A stretch of 64,000 bases of DNA from an uncultured Gammaproteobacteria bacterium (GTDB lineage Bacteria > Pseudomonadota > Gammaproteobacteria > Steroidobacterales > JABDLF01), in contig CAVWXZ010000004.1 in assembly GCA_963759075.1 (NCBI GenBank), positions 5,677 to 69,676 of the forward strand, read 5' to 3'. Numbering within the stretch: the first letter of the stretch is position 1; each line of letters opens with the position of its first letter. A program made the translations under genes and the position numbers. A model generated the notes under the pieces. The model made no database searches. It had not been told where the DNA came from and saw only the letters and a list, made by a program, of their open reading frames with translations. Of the stretch, positions 38,384 through 48,795 are shown piece after piece.

Positions 38384-40553
38384 ATGTCTGATCGAATTTC
38401 GGTAGCAGGCCTGCAAGTCGCCCCGGTGCTGTACGAACTCGTGGAGCGTGACATGGCGCCCGGCACGAATATTGGTTCGGAGGCCTTCTGGTCCGGGCTG
38501 GCAGAGATTATCGAGACCCTGGGGCCGAAGAATCGCAGCCTGCTCGCACACCGCGATCAGTTGCAGGCCAGAATCGACGACTGGCACAGCGAACGTCGGG
38601 GCCAGCCAAAAGATCCCGAGGCATACAGGCGCTTCCTGGTGGAGATCGGCTACCTGGTGCCGGAGGGTGATGACTTTTCAATCACAACGGAGAACGTCGA
38701 CACCGAGATATCGCGCCAGGCCGGCCCGCAACTCGTGGTGCCTGTGAAGAACGCGCGCTTTGCACTGAACGCAGCCAATGCGCGCTGGGGCAGTTTGTAC
38801 GATGCGCTGTACGGCACCGATGTGATCCCCGAAAAAGACGGGGCCGGGAAAGCCGGCGCCTACAATCCGGTTCGCGGCGCGCGCGTCATTGCCTTCGGCC
38901 GCAGTTTGCTCGACGAAATCGCGCCTTTGACTTCGGGAAGCTACGGCGACGCAAGCGCATTCGTGGTGCACAACGGGACTCTGCGCGTGCAGCAGGCAGG
39001 CGGCGCTGCTGCAGGACTGAAAGATCAGGCGCGGTTCAGGGGCTACAGGGGCGAGCCGGAAGCGCCCTCAGCTATTTTGCTGCGCAACAACGGGCTCCAT
39101 GTTGAGATCCAGATAGACCGCGCACACCCCATCGGCAAGACTGATGCCGCAGGCGTCAAGGACCTGCTGATGGAGGCGGCGGTCACCACGATCATGGACT
39201 GCGAGGACTCGGTGGCCGCAGTGGATGCCGAGGATAAAGCCGAGGTTTATCGCAACTGGCTGGGGCTCATGCAGGGCACCCTTGAGGACACCTTCGAGAA
39301 GGGTGGCCGGATGATGACCCGTAAACTCGATGCCGACCGCGATTACCTGGCGGCGGACGGCAGCACGTTCAAGTTGCATGGTCGCAGCCTCCTGTTCGTG
39401 CGCCATGTCGGGCACCTGATGACTACCGATGCCGTCCTCGATCGGGACGGAAAAGAGATACCGGAGGGCTTTCTCGACGGGATGATGACCGCTCTGGCAG
39501 CCATGCATGATCTCGGCAGTGAATCGTCGCGGCGTAATACGCGAACGGGCTCCGTCTACATCGTCAAGCCGAAAATGCACGGGCCGGAGGAAGTGGCTTT
39601 TACCTGCGAATTGTTCAGCCGCATAGAGGACGCGCTGGGCTTGCCGCGCAACACGCTGAAGCTCGGCATCATGGACGAGGAGCGTCGCACCACGGTCAAT
39701 CTCAAGGAATGTATCCGCCCGGCAGCCGAGCGCCTGGTGTTCATCAACACCGGCTTCCTGGATCGCACCGGCGACGAGATTCATACCAGCATGCAGGCGG
39801 GACCGATGGTGCCGCAAAAACGCCATGAAAGAGCAGCCGTGGATCAACGCCTACGAGGACTGGAACGTTGACGTGGGCCTCGCCTGTGGCCTGCCGGGCA
39901 GGGCACAGATCGGCAAGGGCATGTGGGCAATGCCCGACGAAATGGCGGCCATGCTGGAGGCCAAGATTGCGCACCCATTGTCCGGCGCGAACACGGCCTG
40001 GGTGCCCTCCCCCAATGGCGCCACGCTGCATGCCATCCACTACCACCGTGTGGATGTATTCAAGCGCCAGCGTGAGCTGACCCAGCGCGAACACGCGCGA
40101 CTCGACGATATCCTGACAATCCCGCTGCTGGATGATCCCGAGACGTTGCAGCCGGAGGACATCCAGGCCGAACTCGATAACAATGCGCAAGGGATTCTGG
40201 GCTACGTGGTGCGCTGGATCGACCAGGGCGTGGGCTGCTCGAAGGTGCCTGACATCAAACACGTGGGCCTGATGGAGGATCGCGCCACGCTGCGCATTTC
40301 CAGCCAGCACATGGCAAACTGGCTGCATCACGGCATCTGCACGGAGGCACAGGTGCTGGAGACGATGCGGCGCATGGCGCGCGTCGTCGACGAGCAGAAT
40401 GCCGGCGATCCGCTCTACAAGAACATGGCACCGGACTGCGACGGTGTAGCGTTCAGGGCCGCCCGCGACCTCGTGCTCAAAGGCATGACCCAGCCAAACG
40501 GATACACTGAACCCCTGCTTCACGCTTATCGCAAGGAGGCCAAGGCGGGGTAG
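38384..40553 (+). CDS. glcB: Malate synthase G, one frameshift near 39815
   Basis: [64 protein letters not shown]. Confidence 0.95.
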
Positions 40554-40607
40554 GACGCGGCAATACACCAGCGAGCGCCGGTCAAGTGTGCAATAAGAAT
40601 TATTATT

Positions 40608-40620
40608 AATCAATTGCTTA
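40608..40620 (+). promoter_or_regulatory. IHF consensus site upstream of copA
   Basis: AATCAATTGCTTA = WATCAANNNNTTR with 5' AT tract. Confidence 0.5.
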
Positions 40621-40704
40621 GAGCGACTTTCTAATTACATTTCTCGTGCTTGATTCGGCACGCTTCACTTTGAAATCCACGCTGAAAAGGCTGACACTGC
40701 CGCC

Positions 40705-43158
40705 ATGACGAAGGATCCCCGATCGCCCGCGGAGCATCACTGCCATCACCAGGCCGGGGCATCCGGCCCTGAGCCCAAAAAGCCTGCCAGCCAGGCTGAA
40801 ACTGGCGCGCACAGCGGCCACCAGACTGGCCAGGAAGAGCCCCGCCCGCACTGCTGTCACCACGACAGCCCTGGTGAAGCCGGGAAGCACGGCGGTCATA
40901 CTCAGCACGCAGGTGCCCCCGCGCTACAGGCGGCCGCGCCAGCCGGCCGCTGGATTTGTCCCATGCATCCGGAAGTCGATGAAGCCAGCGCAGGGAGTTG
41001 CCCGAGTTGCGGCATGGCCCTTGAGCGCGGAACGCCCGTTTTGACTCGCTCCTGGACCTGCCCGATGCACCCGGAGATCGTGCGGGACGCCCCCGGCAGT
41101 TGCCCGATCTGTGGAATGGCCCTGGAGCCGAGCACCGCGTACGGCGACGAGGAGAACCACGAACTCAATGATATGACGCGCCGCTTCTGGATCGGAGTCG
41201 CCCTGTCCTTGCCTGTATTCGTGCTTGCTATGGGCCACCTGATCCCAGGTAATCCCATCGGCCAACGCCTCTCGCCCGGCGTGTCGAGGTGGCTGGAACT
41301 GCTGTTCGCGACACCCGTGGTGCTGTGGTGCGGCTGGCCGTTTTTTGAACGCGGCTGGAATTCCTTGCGCACATGGAACCTGAACATGTTCACGCTGATC
41401 GCGCTCGGCGTAGGGGTGGCTTACAGCTACAGCGTCGTCGCCACCCTGTTCCCTGCTGTTTTTCCAGCGGCGATGCGTGATGTGCACGGCCAGGTCGGAG
41501 TTTACTTCGAGGCGGCGGCGGTAATTGTCACCCTGGTGCTGCTGGGGCAGGTACTGGAACTCAGGGCGCGGGACCAGACCGGCGCGGCTATCAAGGCCCT
41601 GTTGGGGCTTGCACCGGCGACTGCACGACGGGTTGGCCCGGATGGCGACGAATCGGATGTCGCGCTGGAGCAGATTGCCGTGGGGGATATTCTGCGCATC
41701 CGGCCGGGCGACAAAGTACCGATTGATGGTGTCGTGCAGGAGGGGCGCAGTTCCATAGATGAATCCATGCTGACCGGTGAGCCGATGCCGATCGAGAAGA
41801 CTGCCGGCGATCGCCTGATCGGGGCAACGGTTAATGGCACGGGCACCCTGCTGATGCGCGCCGAGAAGGTCGGCAGCGAAACCCTGCTGGCGCAGATCGT
41901 GCAGATGGTGGCTGATGCGCAACGCAGCCGGGCGCCGATCCAGAAACTTGCCGACCAGGTGTCCGGCTGGTTTGTACCGGCGGTGGTGGCGTCGGCGGTG
42001 CTCACGTTCATAGTCTGGGCAGTGGCTGGCCCCGCCCCCAGCATGAGTTACGCGACCATCAATGCTGTCGCTGTGTTGATCATCGCCTGTCCCTGCGCAC
42101 TGGGTCTGGCGACGCCCGTGTCGATCATGGTCGCCATGGGTCGGGGGGCCGGAAACGGCGTCCTGTTCAGGAACGCTGAAGCCATCGAGGTGATGCGCAA
42201 AGTCGATACACTGGTCGTGGACAAGACCGGTACGCTGACCGAAGGCCGGCCTGCGCTTGATCGCGTGACTGCGGTCGATGGCTTCGAAGAGGACGAAGTT
42301 CTGGGGCTGGCGGCAAGCCTGGAGCAAGGCAGCGAACATCCGCTGGCCGAGGCCATTGTCAAAGCGGCCCGGACACGCGGGCTCACGCTGCAAAGAGCGG
42401 CGGCCTTTGAGTCCGTTACCGGCAAAGGGGTTCAGGGCCAGGTAGGGAACCGGGAGGTCGCCCTCGGCAACCAGGCCATGATGGACACGCTGGGCCATAC
42501 CTCGCAGGTCCTGGCAGAACAGGCCGAGCCACTGCGGGCCCAGGGACGCACCGTGATGTTCGTGGCCATTGACGGCAAGCCCGCCGGCCTGATCGCCGTG
42601 AGCGACCCGGTCAAGGAATCCACCGCTGCGGCTATCTCGCAACTGCATGCGGAAGGCATCGAGATTTTCATGCTCACCGGGGACAACAGGACCACCGCCG
42701 AGGCGGTGGCCGCGCGGCTCGGCATCGACCAGGTCTTCGCCGGTGTGTTGCCCAACGAAAAGGCCGACAAGGTGCGCGAACTGCAGGCCCGGGGCAGGAC
42801 GGTCGGGATGGCGGGTGATGGCATTAACGATGCCCCTGCCCTTGCGCAGGCCCACGTTGGCATCGCCATGGGCACCGGCACTGATGTGGCCATGCAAAGC
42901 GCCGGGGTGACGCTGGTCAAAGGCGACCTGCGCGGCATCGTCAGGGCGCGGCACCTCTCCCGTGCGACCATGCGCAACATAAAGCAAAACCTGTTTTTCG
43001 CCTTCATTTACAACAGCCTTGGCGTGCCGGTAGCCGCCGGCGTCCTGTACCCGTTCTTTGGCGTGCTGCTGAGCCCGATGATCGCGGCGGCAGCCATGAG
43101 CTTCAGCTCGGTTTCAGTGATCGGTAATGCCTTGCGATTGAGGAATACAAAAATCTGA
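40705..43158 (+). CDS. copA: Cu(I)/Ag(I)-translocating P1B-type ATPase
   Basis: His-rich N-terminus, two CPMHPE..CPxCGM domains, TGE, CPC, DKTGT, SEHP, GDGIND, YN, MxxSS. Confidence 0.95.
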   Translation: MTKDPRSPAEHHCHHQAGASGPEPKKPASQAETGAHSGHQTGQEEPRPHCCHHDSPGEAGKHGGHTQHAGAPALQAAAPAGRWICPMHPEVDEASAGSCPSCGMALERGTPVLTRSWTCPMHPEIVRDAPGSCPICGMALEPSTAYGDEENHELNDMTRRFWIGVALSLPVFVLAMGHLIPGNPIGQRLSPGVSRWLELLFATPVVLWCGWPFFERGWNSLRTWNLNMFTLIALGVGVAYSYSVVATLFPAVFPAAMRDVHGQVGVYFEAAAVIVTLVLLGQVLELRARDQTGAAIKALLGLAPATARRVGPDGDESDVALEQIAVGDILRIRPGDKVPIDGVVQEGRSSIDESMLTGEPMPIEKTAGDRLIGATVNGTGTLLMRAEKVGSETLLAQIVQMVADAQRSRAPIQKLADQVSGWFVPAVVASAVLTFIVWAVAGPAPSMSYATINAVAVLIIACPCALGLATPVSIMVAMGRGAGNGVLFRNAEAIEVMRKVDTLVVDKTGTLTEGRPALDRVTAVDGFEEDEVLGLAASLEQGSEHPLAEAIVKAARTRGLTLQRAAAFESVTGKGVQGQVGNREVALGNQAMMDTLGHTSQVLAEQAEPLRAQGRTVMFVAIDGKPAGLIAVSDPVKESTAAAISQLHAEGIEIFMLTGDNRTTAEAVAARLGIDQVFAGVLPNEKADKVRELQARGRTVGMAGDGINDAPALAQAHVGIAMGTGTDVAMQSAGVTLVKGDLRGIVRARHLSRATMRNIKQNLFFAFIYNSLGVPVAAGVLYPFFGVLLSPMIAAAAMSFSSVSVIGNALRLRNTKI

Positions 43159-43283
43159 TCCGCAGCGTGTCAACGCAGGAGAAGCCCACGCCACACAGCG
43201 TGTCGCTGTCAGTACAGGTGCCGGTGTCCGCACTGTTATAGAATCAGCCGTGTGAGTGATCAGCCCCGTGCGTGGTTCAGACA

Positions 43284-44021
43284 ATGACAAGCAAAAACAT
43301 CCTGATTACCGGCGCCAGCTCCGGTCTCGGCGAGGGCATGGCACGGCAGTTTGCCGGCATGGGCCGGAACCTGGCGCTGTGTGCCCGACGCGTTGAGCGG
43401 CTTGAGACCCTAAAATCCGAACTCGAGGCGGCTTACCCTGGGATCAGGGTTTTCGTACGCGGGCTTGATGTGAATGACCATGACCATGTGTTCAGGGTAT
43501 TTGAGGAGTTTCGTCAGGATCTCGGCAGTATCGATCGGGTCATCGTAAACGCCGGCATGGGCAAGGGTGCGTCCCTCGGTACCGGGTATTTCTACGCGAA
43601 CGTGCAGACGGCAATGACCAATTTCGTCGGCGCCCTGGCCCAATGCGAGGCAGCTGTGAAAATATTCCGGGAGCAGAACGCCGGGCACCTGGTGACGATC
43701 TCTTCGGTGAGCGCGGTCAGGGGATTTCGCGGCGCAATGAATGTTTATGCCGCCACCAAGGCTGGTCTGAGCAACCTGAGCGAGGGGCTGCGGGCCGACC
43801 TGCGCCGCACGCCGATAAAGGTCAGTACGATTCATCCGGGCTTTATTCGCAGCGAGATGAATGCCAAGGTTAAAGACACGCCATTCATGGTGGACACAGA
43901 AACCGGCTGCCGGGCCATCGTCAAGGCCATCGAAAAAGAGCGGGCCACGGCATTCGTGCCCTTCTGGCCCTGGGCGATTCTGCGCTACATTTATCCTTTA
44001 GTACCCTCGAGCTGGTTGTAA
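43284..44021 (+). CDS. SDR oxidoreductase
   Basis: TGASSGLG, NAG, YAATK. Confidence 0.9.
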   Translation: MTSKNILITGASSGLGEGMARQFAGMGRNLALCARRVERLETLKSELEAAYPGIRVFVRGLDVNDHDHVFRVFEEFRQDLGSIDRVIVNAGMGKGASLGTGYFYANVQTAMTNFVGALAQCEAAVKIFREQNAGHLVTISSVSAVRGFRGAMNVYAATKAGLSNLSEGLRADLRRTPIKVSTIHPGFIRSEMNAKVKDTPFMVDTETGCRAIVKAIEKERATAFVPFWPWAILRYIYPLVPSSWL

Positions 44022-44036
44022 GCACCGGGACCGCCT

Positions 44037-45263
44037 ATGAACTTCCAGCCTTCAGAGCGCACCCAGGAACTGCTCAGCCAGCTGCAGACCTTTCTGGATG
44101 ACCAGGTCATGCCGGCAGAGCAAGACCTCTACGAAGCAAACCATAGCCTGAACCCGACAGGAGACTGGCAGCGCTGGCAGGTTCCACCGGCAATCACGGC
44201 ACTGAAGAAGAAGGCTCGCGAGGCCGGGCTGTGGAATCTTTTTCTGCCCGACGCAGAGCTCGGCCGCGGTCTGTCAACACTGGAGTATGCGCCGCTGGCC
44301 GAGGCAATGGGACGCTGCCTGCTGGCGCCTGAGATTTTCAATTGCAACGCGCCGGACACCGGCAACATGGAGGTGCTTTACCATTACGGCAGCGCGCAAC
44401 AAAAACAACGCTGGCTGACCCCCCTGCTCGCCGGCGAGATCCGGTCGGTATTTTGTATGACCGAGCCAGACGTCGCCTCGTCTGATGCCACGAATATGGC
44501 TGCGACCATAGCCACAGACGGCAACGAACTGGTATTGAACGGGCGCAAGTGGTGGGCGACCGGTCTCGGCCACCCCGACGCGCGGCTCGCCATATTTATG
44601 GGCCTTTCCGACGCACAGGCGGAAAAGCACCGGCGCCACAGTATGGTGCTGGTGCCGCTTGATGCGCCGGGTGTCGCGATCCGGCGCATGCTGACTGCCT
44701 GTGGCGACTATGACGCGCCTTACGGCCACGGCGAGGTCGAGTTCGAGAACGTGCGTGTGCCGCGTGAAAATATCCTGGTCGGTCTCGGCGAGGGTTTCGC
44801 CATCGCGCAGGGGCGACTGGGGCCCGGGCGTATCCATCACTGCATGCGCTGCATCGGCGCGGCGGAACGCGCCCTCGAGCTGATGATCAGTCGCGGCAAA
44901 GCGCGGGTTGCGTTCGGCCGCCCGATCATTGAGCTTGGCGGTAATCGCGAGCGCATCGCGGAGGCCCGGATCGCGATTGACCAGGCCCGGCTGTTGACCC
45001 TGCATGCAGCATGGAAGATCGACGAGGCGGGTGTCAGAAAGGCGATGACAGAAATATCGGCCATCAAGGTGGTTGCGCCACGAGTGCTGGAACAGGTGGT
45101 CGATATGGCCATCCAGATACACGGTGGCGCAGGCCTGTCCGGCGACTTTCCGCTGATGGGATTTTTTGCTCAGGCCCGGGCCCTGCGGCTGGCAGACGGT
45201 CCAGACGAGGTTCACAAAGCCATGGTCTCGCGCCTGGAGCTCAGGAAACATGGTTCGAACTAG
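44037..45263 (+). CDS. Acyl-CoA dehydrogenase (ACAD10/11-like)
   Basis: GLWNLFLP, FNCNAPDTGNMEVL, MTEPDVASSDATN, QGRLGPGRIHHCMR, LADGPDEVH. Confidence 0.93.
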   Translation: MNFQPSERTQELLSQLQTFLDDQVMPAEQDLYEANHSLNPTGDWQRWQVPPAITALKKKAREAGLWNLFLPDAELGRGLSTLEYAPLAEAMGRCLLAPEIFNCNAPDTGNMEVLYHYGSAQQKQRWLTPLLAGEIRSVFCMTEPDVASSDATNMAATIATDGNELVLNGRKWWATGLGHPDARLAIFMGLSDAQAEKHRRHSMVLVPLDAPGVAIRRMLTACGDYDAPYGHGEVEFENVRVPRENILVGLGEGFAIAQGRLGPGRIHHCMRCIGAAERALELMISRGKARVAFGRPIIELGGNRERIAEARIAIDQARLLTLHAAWKIDEAGVRKAMTEISAIKVVAPRVLEQVVDMAIQIHGGAGLSGDFPLMGFFAQARALRLADGPDEVHKAMVSRLELRKHGSN

Positions 45264-45343
45264 CCGCCGTCGCGAATGCCGTTCTTCGGGGTTCTCTATG
45301 CTGATGCCGGGCACGACGGGCTGACGGCGCGGGCATCTCAATA

Positions 45344-46414
45344 GTGCAGGATTCAGCATTGCAGGATCGAGGTCGGGCCCAGCGCCCTGGCGAAATGCTG
45401 ACCACGGAAGCCCTGCTGCCCTGGCTGCGGGCGCATATACCAGGCCTGCAGGGGGAGCCCGTTGTCACCCAGTTCACCGGCGGCGCCTCGAACTGGACCT
45501 ATCGGCTCGAGTTCGCGAGCCATGACCTGATTCTGCGTCGGGCGCCGTCAGGCACCAAAGCAAAAGGTGCGCACGACATGGCGCGAGAGTTTCGCCTGCA
45601 ACAGGCATTGAAACCCGCCTACCCGCTGGTACCTGCCATGTATGCGCTGTGCGAGGAGCGCGCGGTGATTGGCACGGAATTCTATGTGATGGCACGGGTG
45701 CCGGGCATCATCCTGCGGCGCGATCCTCCGCGAGGGCTGAAGCTCGATGTGGCGACCACGCGGGGGCTTTGCCTCAGCGCCCTTGACGCGCTCATTCGCC
45801 TGCACCAGGTGGACTATGAGGCGGCGGGCCTTGCGGGTCTTGCCAAGGGGGCCGGGTATACGCAACGGCAGGTTGAAGGCTGGTGCCAACGGTATTCAAA
45901 GGCTAAGACCTGGAACGTGCCGTCCGGGAAGCGGGTCATGCGCTGGCTGCGCGACAATATGCCTGAGCATGAGCAACTGTGCATGACGCACAATGACTTT
46001 CGTTTCGACAACCTGGTGCTGGACGCCCGGGAGCCGACGAGGATCATCGGCGTCCTGGACTGGGAGCTTGCGACCATCGGTAACCCGTTGATGGACCTGG
46101 GCAATACGCTGACCTACTGGATCCAGGCGGACGATGACTTTATTGCCAGGGCCATGCGCCGCCAGCCCACTCACCTGCCCGGCATGCTCGTTCGCAAAGA
46201 GGTGCTCGCTTACTACTCGGAGAAAACTGGCACACCGGTGGAAGATTTCGCCTTCTATGAAGTCTTCGGGCATTTTCGCCTGGCCGGCATTATCCAGCAG
46301 ATCTATTTCCGCTATCACAAAGGCCAGACCACGAACCCTCAGTTTCGGCGTTTTTGGTTTTTCGTGCGCTACCTGCTCTGGCGCTGTACCCGGGCGATCA
46401 GACAATCCGGCTGA
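45344..46414 (+). CDS. APH-family phosphotransferase (ACAD10/11 kinase-like)
   Basis: QFTGGASNWTY, AHDMARE, FYVM, HNDFRFDN, LDWELATIG.PLMDL. Confidence 0.9.
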   Translation: MQDSALQDRGRAQRPGEMLTTEALLPWLRAHIPGLQGEPVVTQFTGGASNWTYRLEFASHDLILRRAPSGTKAKGAHDMAREFRLQQALKPAYPLVPAMYALCEERAVIGTEFYVMARVPGIILRRDPPRGLKLDVATTRGLCLSALDALIRLHQVDYEAAGLAGLAKGAGYTQRQVEGWCQRYSKAKTWNVPSGKRVMRWLRDNMPEHEQLCMTHNDFRFDNLVLDAREPTRIIGVLDWELATIGNPLMDLGNTLTYWIQADDDFIARAMRRQPTHLPGMLVRKEVLAYYSEKTGTPVEDFAFYEVFGHFRLAGIIQQIYFRYHKGQTTNPQFRRFWFFVRYLLWRCTRAIRQSG

Positions 46415-46536
46415 GCGGGTGATTCGCACCCGCGCTGGGCGCCGGCAGGGATGTTGTGAGGACAGACGGCGGGTCAGAATTTTTAGGTAATAAAAGTTCG
46501 AGATTTCACTCGTAACATTATTATATTATTAAATAT

Positions 46537-48765
46537 TTACCCGGTTTTTCCCGTTTCATTGTTGACCATATGCTCGTCATTAGCGAGCGTTCCTTGACGC
46601 GGGCGCTTGAGCGCCGCTGCATGCTTTGCCAGCAAGGGTCCCTCGAGTATGTCCTCCAGATCCTGGGTCAATCGCCGGCGCCAGTTCGGATACTGGTCGC
46701 TGGTGCCGGGGACATTGACCGGGTCTTCAATACCGAGCCAGTCCTCAAGCTGGGCGCAGACCATTCTGCTCGCGCTGCGGGCAAGGAATGTCTCCAGGGC
46801 CAGCAGCAGTTCTTCCGGCAGCGGGTCAATGTCGTTCGCCTCATCCGGAAGACCTTCGGGATACAGCTGCTCAAGCTTGAGCGCAGCCACCATTCCCTGG
46901 CGGTCCAGGATGCGTTCTTGCCAGCTTTGTTCCTTGACTTCGAAGCTCGGAAACAAGGCGAGCTTTTCCCTTAACAGTAAGTCAGCACCGCGCCAATAGC
47001 CTGGCAAAGTCGGCAGATCGTGGGTGGTGAGCGTTGCCATCGCATTCTCGGCATAGTCTTTCGGCGCGGTGAAATGGCCCGCCCCGTCCTTTTCGAAGAG
47101 CGCAACTTTGTAGGACCAGATATGGTTTTCCTGCATGGCTTTGCGGATTTCATCTGGCACGACGCCAAGATCTTCACCGATGATCCGGCAGCGATTGCGA
47201 TGGCTCTCCAGGGCGATGATGCCGAGCAGGTCATCAACGGGGTATTTCACGTAGGCGCCTTCGCTGGAGGCCTGACCCGCAGGCGTCCACCACAGGCGCA
47301 TGAGCTGCATCACATGGTCCACGCGCAGTGCCCCGCAATGACGCATGTTGTCGCGCAGGTCATCGGCAAAGGTGGCATACCCCTCCTCCTGCATTCGCAA
47401 GGGGTCCATAGGGGGCAGTCCCCAGTCCTGGCCCTGCGGGGCTAATGGGTCCGGCGGTGCTCCGACTGATGCCCCCACACAGTAAAGCTGCTGATTGCGC
47501 CAATTGTCGGCCCCATCCCTGTCAATGCCGACGGCCAGATCGCGGTACAGGCCCGTTGGCATGCCGGCCGCCCGCGCCGTTGCCTGGGCGGATGCCAGCT
47601 GTTCATCAGCGAGCCACTGCAGGTACATGTAGAACCCGACGGTCTGCTGATTGTCCTCGGCAAATCGGGCGACGGCCTCGGAATTCGGGTCGTGCAGCGC
47701 CGCAGGCCAGCTTCTCCAGCCGCCCTGGCGCGACGCTTTGCGATGATGTGCATACAGCGCGTAGAAAACACAGAGTTGCTCGAGCGCGGCGCCTCCTTCT
47801 TCGCAGAATACGTGGTACTGCCGGGCGCGTTCGCTGTCCTGGCTGAGTTCGTTGCGGACAAAAGCGTCGTGCAGGTGCCTGAGGATCACCAGCTTCAGGA
47901 AAGCGACGCCTGAGTAGTCAACGTGGGTACTGCTGCGCAAGCTGGCAAGACGCCCCTGAAAGTATTCCGAACGCACTTTTTCCCGGGCCTCCTGAGAATG
48001 CCGGAATTCAGGAACCGCCTCGACGTCGATATACAGATAGTTAATAAAAGCCCGGCTTGCCGGGCTGTATGGGCTGGCGTGTTCGGGATTCGAGGGATAC
48101 AGCGCATGCAGCGGATTAATGCCGACGAATCCTGCGCCGGCGCGGCCCAGGCCGTCGGCCAGCCGCGCCAGGTCGGTAAAGTCCCCGATACCCCAGTTGC
48201 GGGCCGACTTCAGGCCATATAACTGCACACACACGCCCCACTCGTTTACGGCCGCCTCGTCGCCATCGTAGGCGGCAGTCGGGGCAATAATCAGGCGAAT
48301 CCGCTGATCATGCCGCGCGTCCGCGTCGACACTGATAGTGAGCCAGTGGTAGCCGGCCGGGGCGGGACCCGCCAGGTCGAGGACGCACGTGACAGCAGGC
48401 CCCTCGGTTGCGTCGTCTGTGCGGACAGGGCGGGTCTTGCCACGCGTGACTCGCCCGTCCTCCAGCGACAACCGCCAGCCCAGCTCAGTCTCGAGCATTG
48501 CGACTGGCAGTTCGATGGCAATTTGCAAGCGCTCGTGCTCGCGCAGCACTATCACCGGCGGCAGCCTGAATTCACCACGCTGCATGCCGAATTGTGCAAT
48601 CTGCCGGCGCAGTGCTTCCGCCGAGTCGGTCTTGTAGCCACGCGCCTCAAGGATGGCAGCCAGCGATGCCGGGCTGATGTCACGTGCTTCGTTGCGATAA
48701 TTCCGGAATCGCGTAATTACGCCGACAAGTGCACCAAGGTCATATATTAAATCATTATTATTCAT
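46537..48765 (-). CDS. malQ: 4-alpha-glucanotransferase (amylomaltase, GH77)
   Basis: WGIGDF, SPYSP, DLAVG, GAPPD, RVDH, GEDLG, THD, NVPGT...PNWR. Confidence 0.95.
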   Translation of the reverse strand: MNNNDLIYDLGALVGVITRFRNYRNEARDISPASLAAILEARGYKTDSAEALRRQIAQFGMQRGEFRLPPVIVLREHERLQIAIELPVAMLETELGWRLSLEDGRVTRGKTRPVRTDDATEGPAVTCVLDLAGPAPAGYHWLTISVDADARHDQRIRLIIAPTAAYDGDEAAVNEWGVCVQLYGLKSARNWGIGDFTDLARLADGLGRAGAGFVGINPLHALYPSNPEHASPYSPASRAFINYLYIDVEAVPEFRHSQEAREKVRSEYFQGRLASLRSSTHVDYSGVAFLKLVILRHLHDAFVRNELSQDSERARQYHVFCEEGGAALEQLCVFYALYAHHRKASRQGGWRSWPAALHDPNSEAVARFAEDNQQTVGFYMYLQWLADEQLASAQATARAAGMPTGLYRDLAVGIDRDGADNWRNQQLYCVGASVGAPPDPLAPQGQDWGLPPMDPLRMQEEGYATFADDLRDNMRHCGALRVDHVMQLMRLWWTPAGQASSEGAYVKYPVDDLLGIIALESHRNRCRIIGEDLGVVPDEIRKAMQENHIWSYKVALFEKDGAGHFTAPKDYAENAMATLTTHDLPTLPGYWRGADLLLREKLALFPSFEVKEQSWQERILDRQGMVAALKLEQLYPEGLPDEANDIDPLPEELLLALETFLARSASRMVCAQLEDWLGIEDPVNVPGTSDQYPNWRRRLTQDLEDILEGPLLAKHAAALKRPRQGTLANDEHMVNNETGKTG

Positions 48766-48795
48766 GTAGTTATTGATACTACTTAATAAATATTA

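Noticed and set aside
40924-42987. 687-aa antisense ORF and many similar shadow ORFs
   Set aside because: They lie opposite well-supported genes such as copA; typical of high-GC codon bias, with no motifs.
46505-46537. Second dif-like site (CATTATTATATTATTAAAT)
   Set aside because: Needs several gaps to align with dif, and no XerC arm is present; explained by AT richness.
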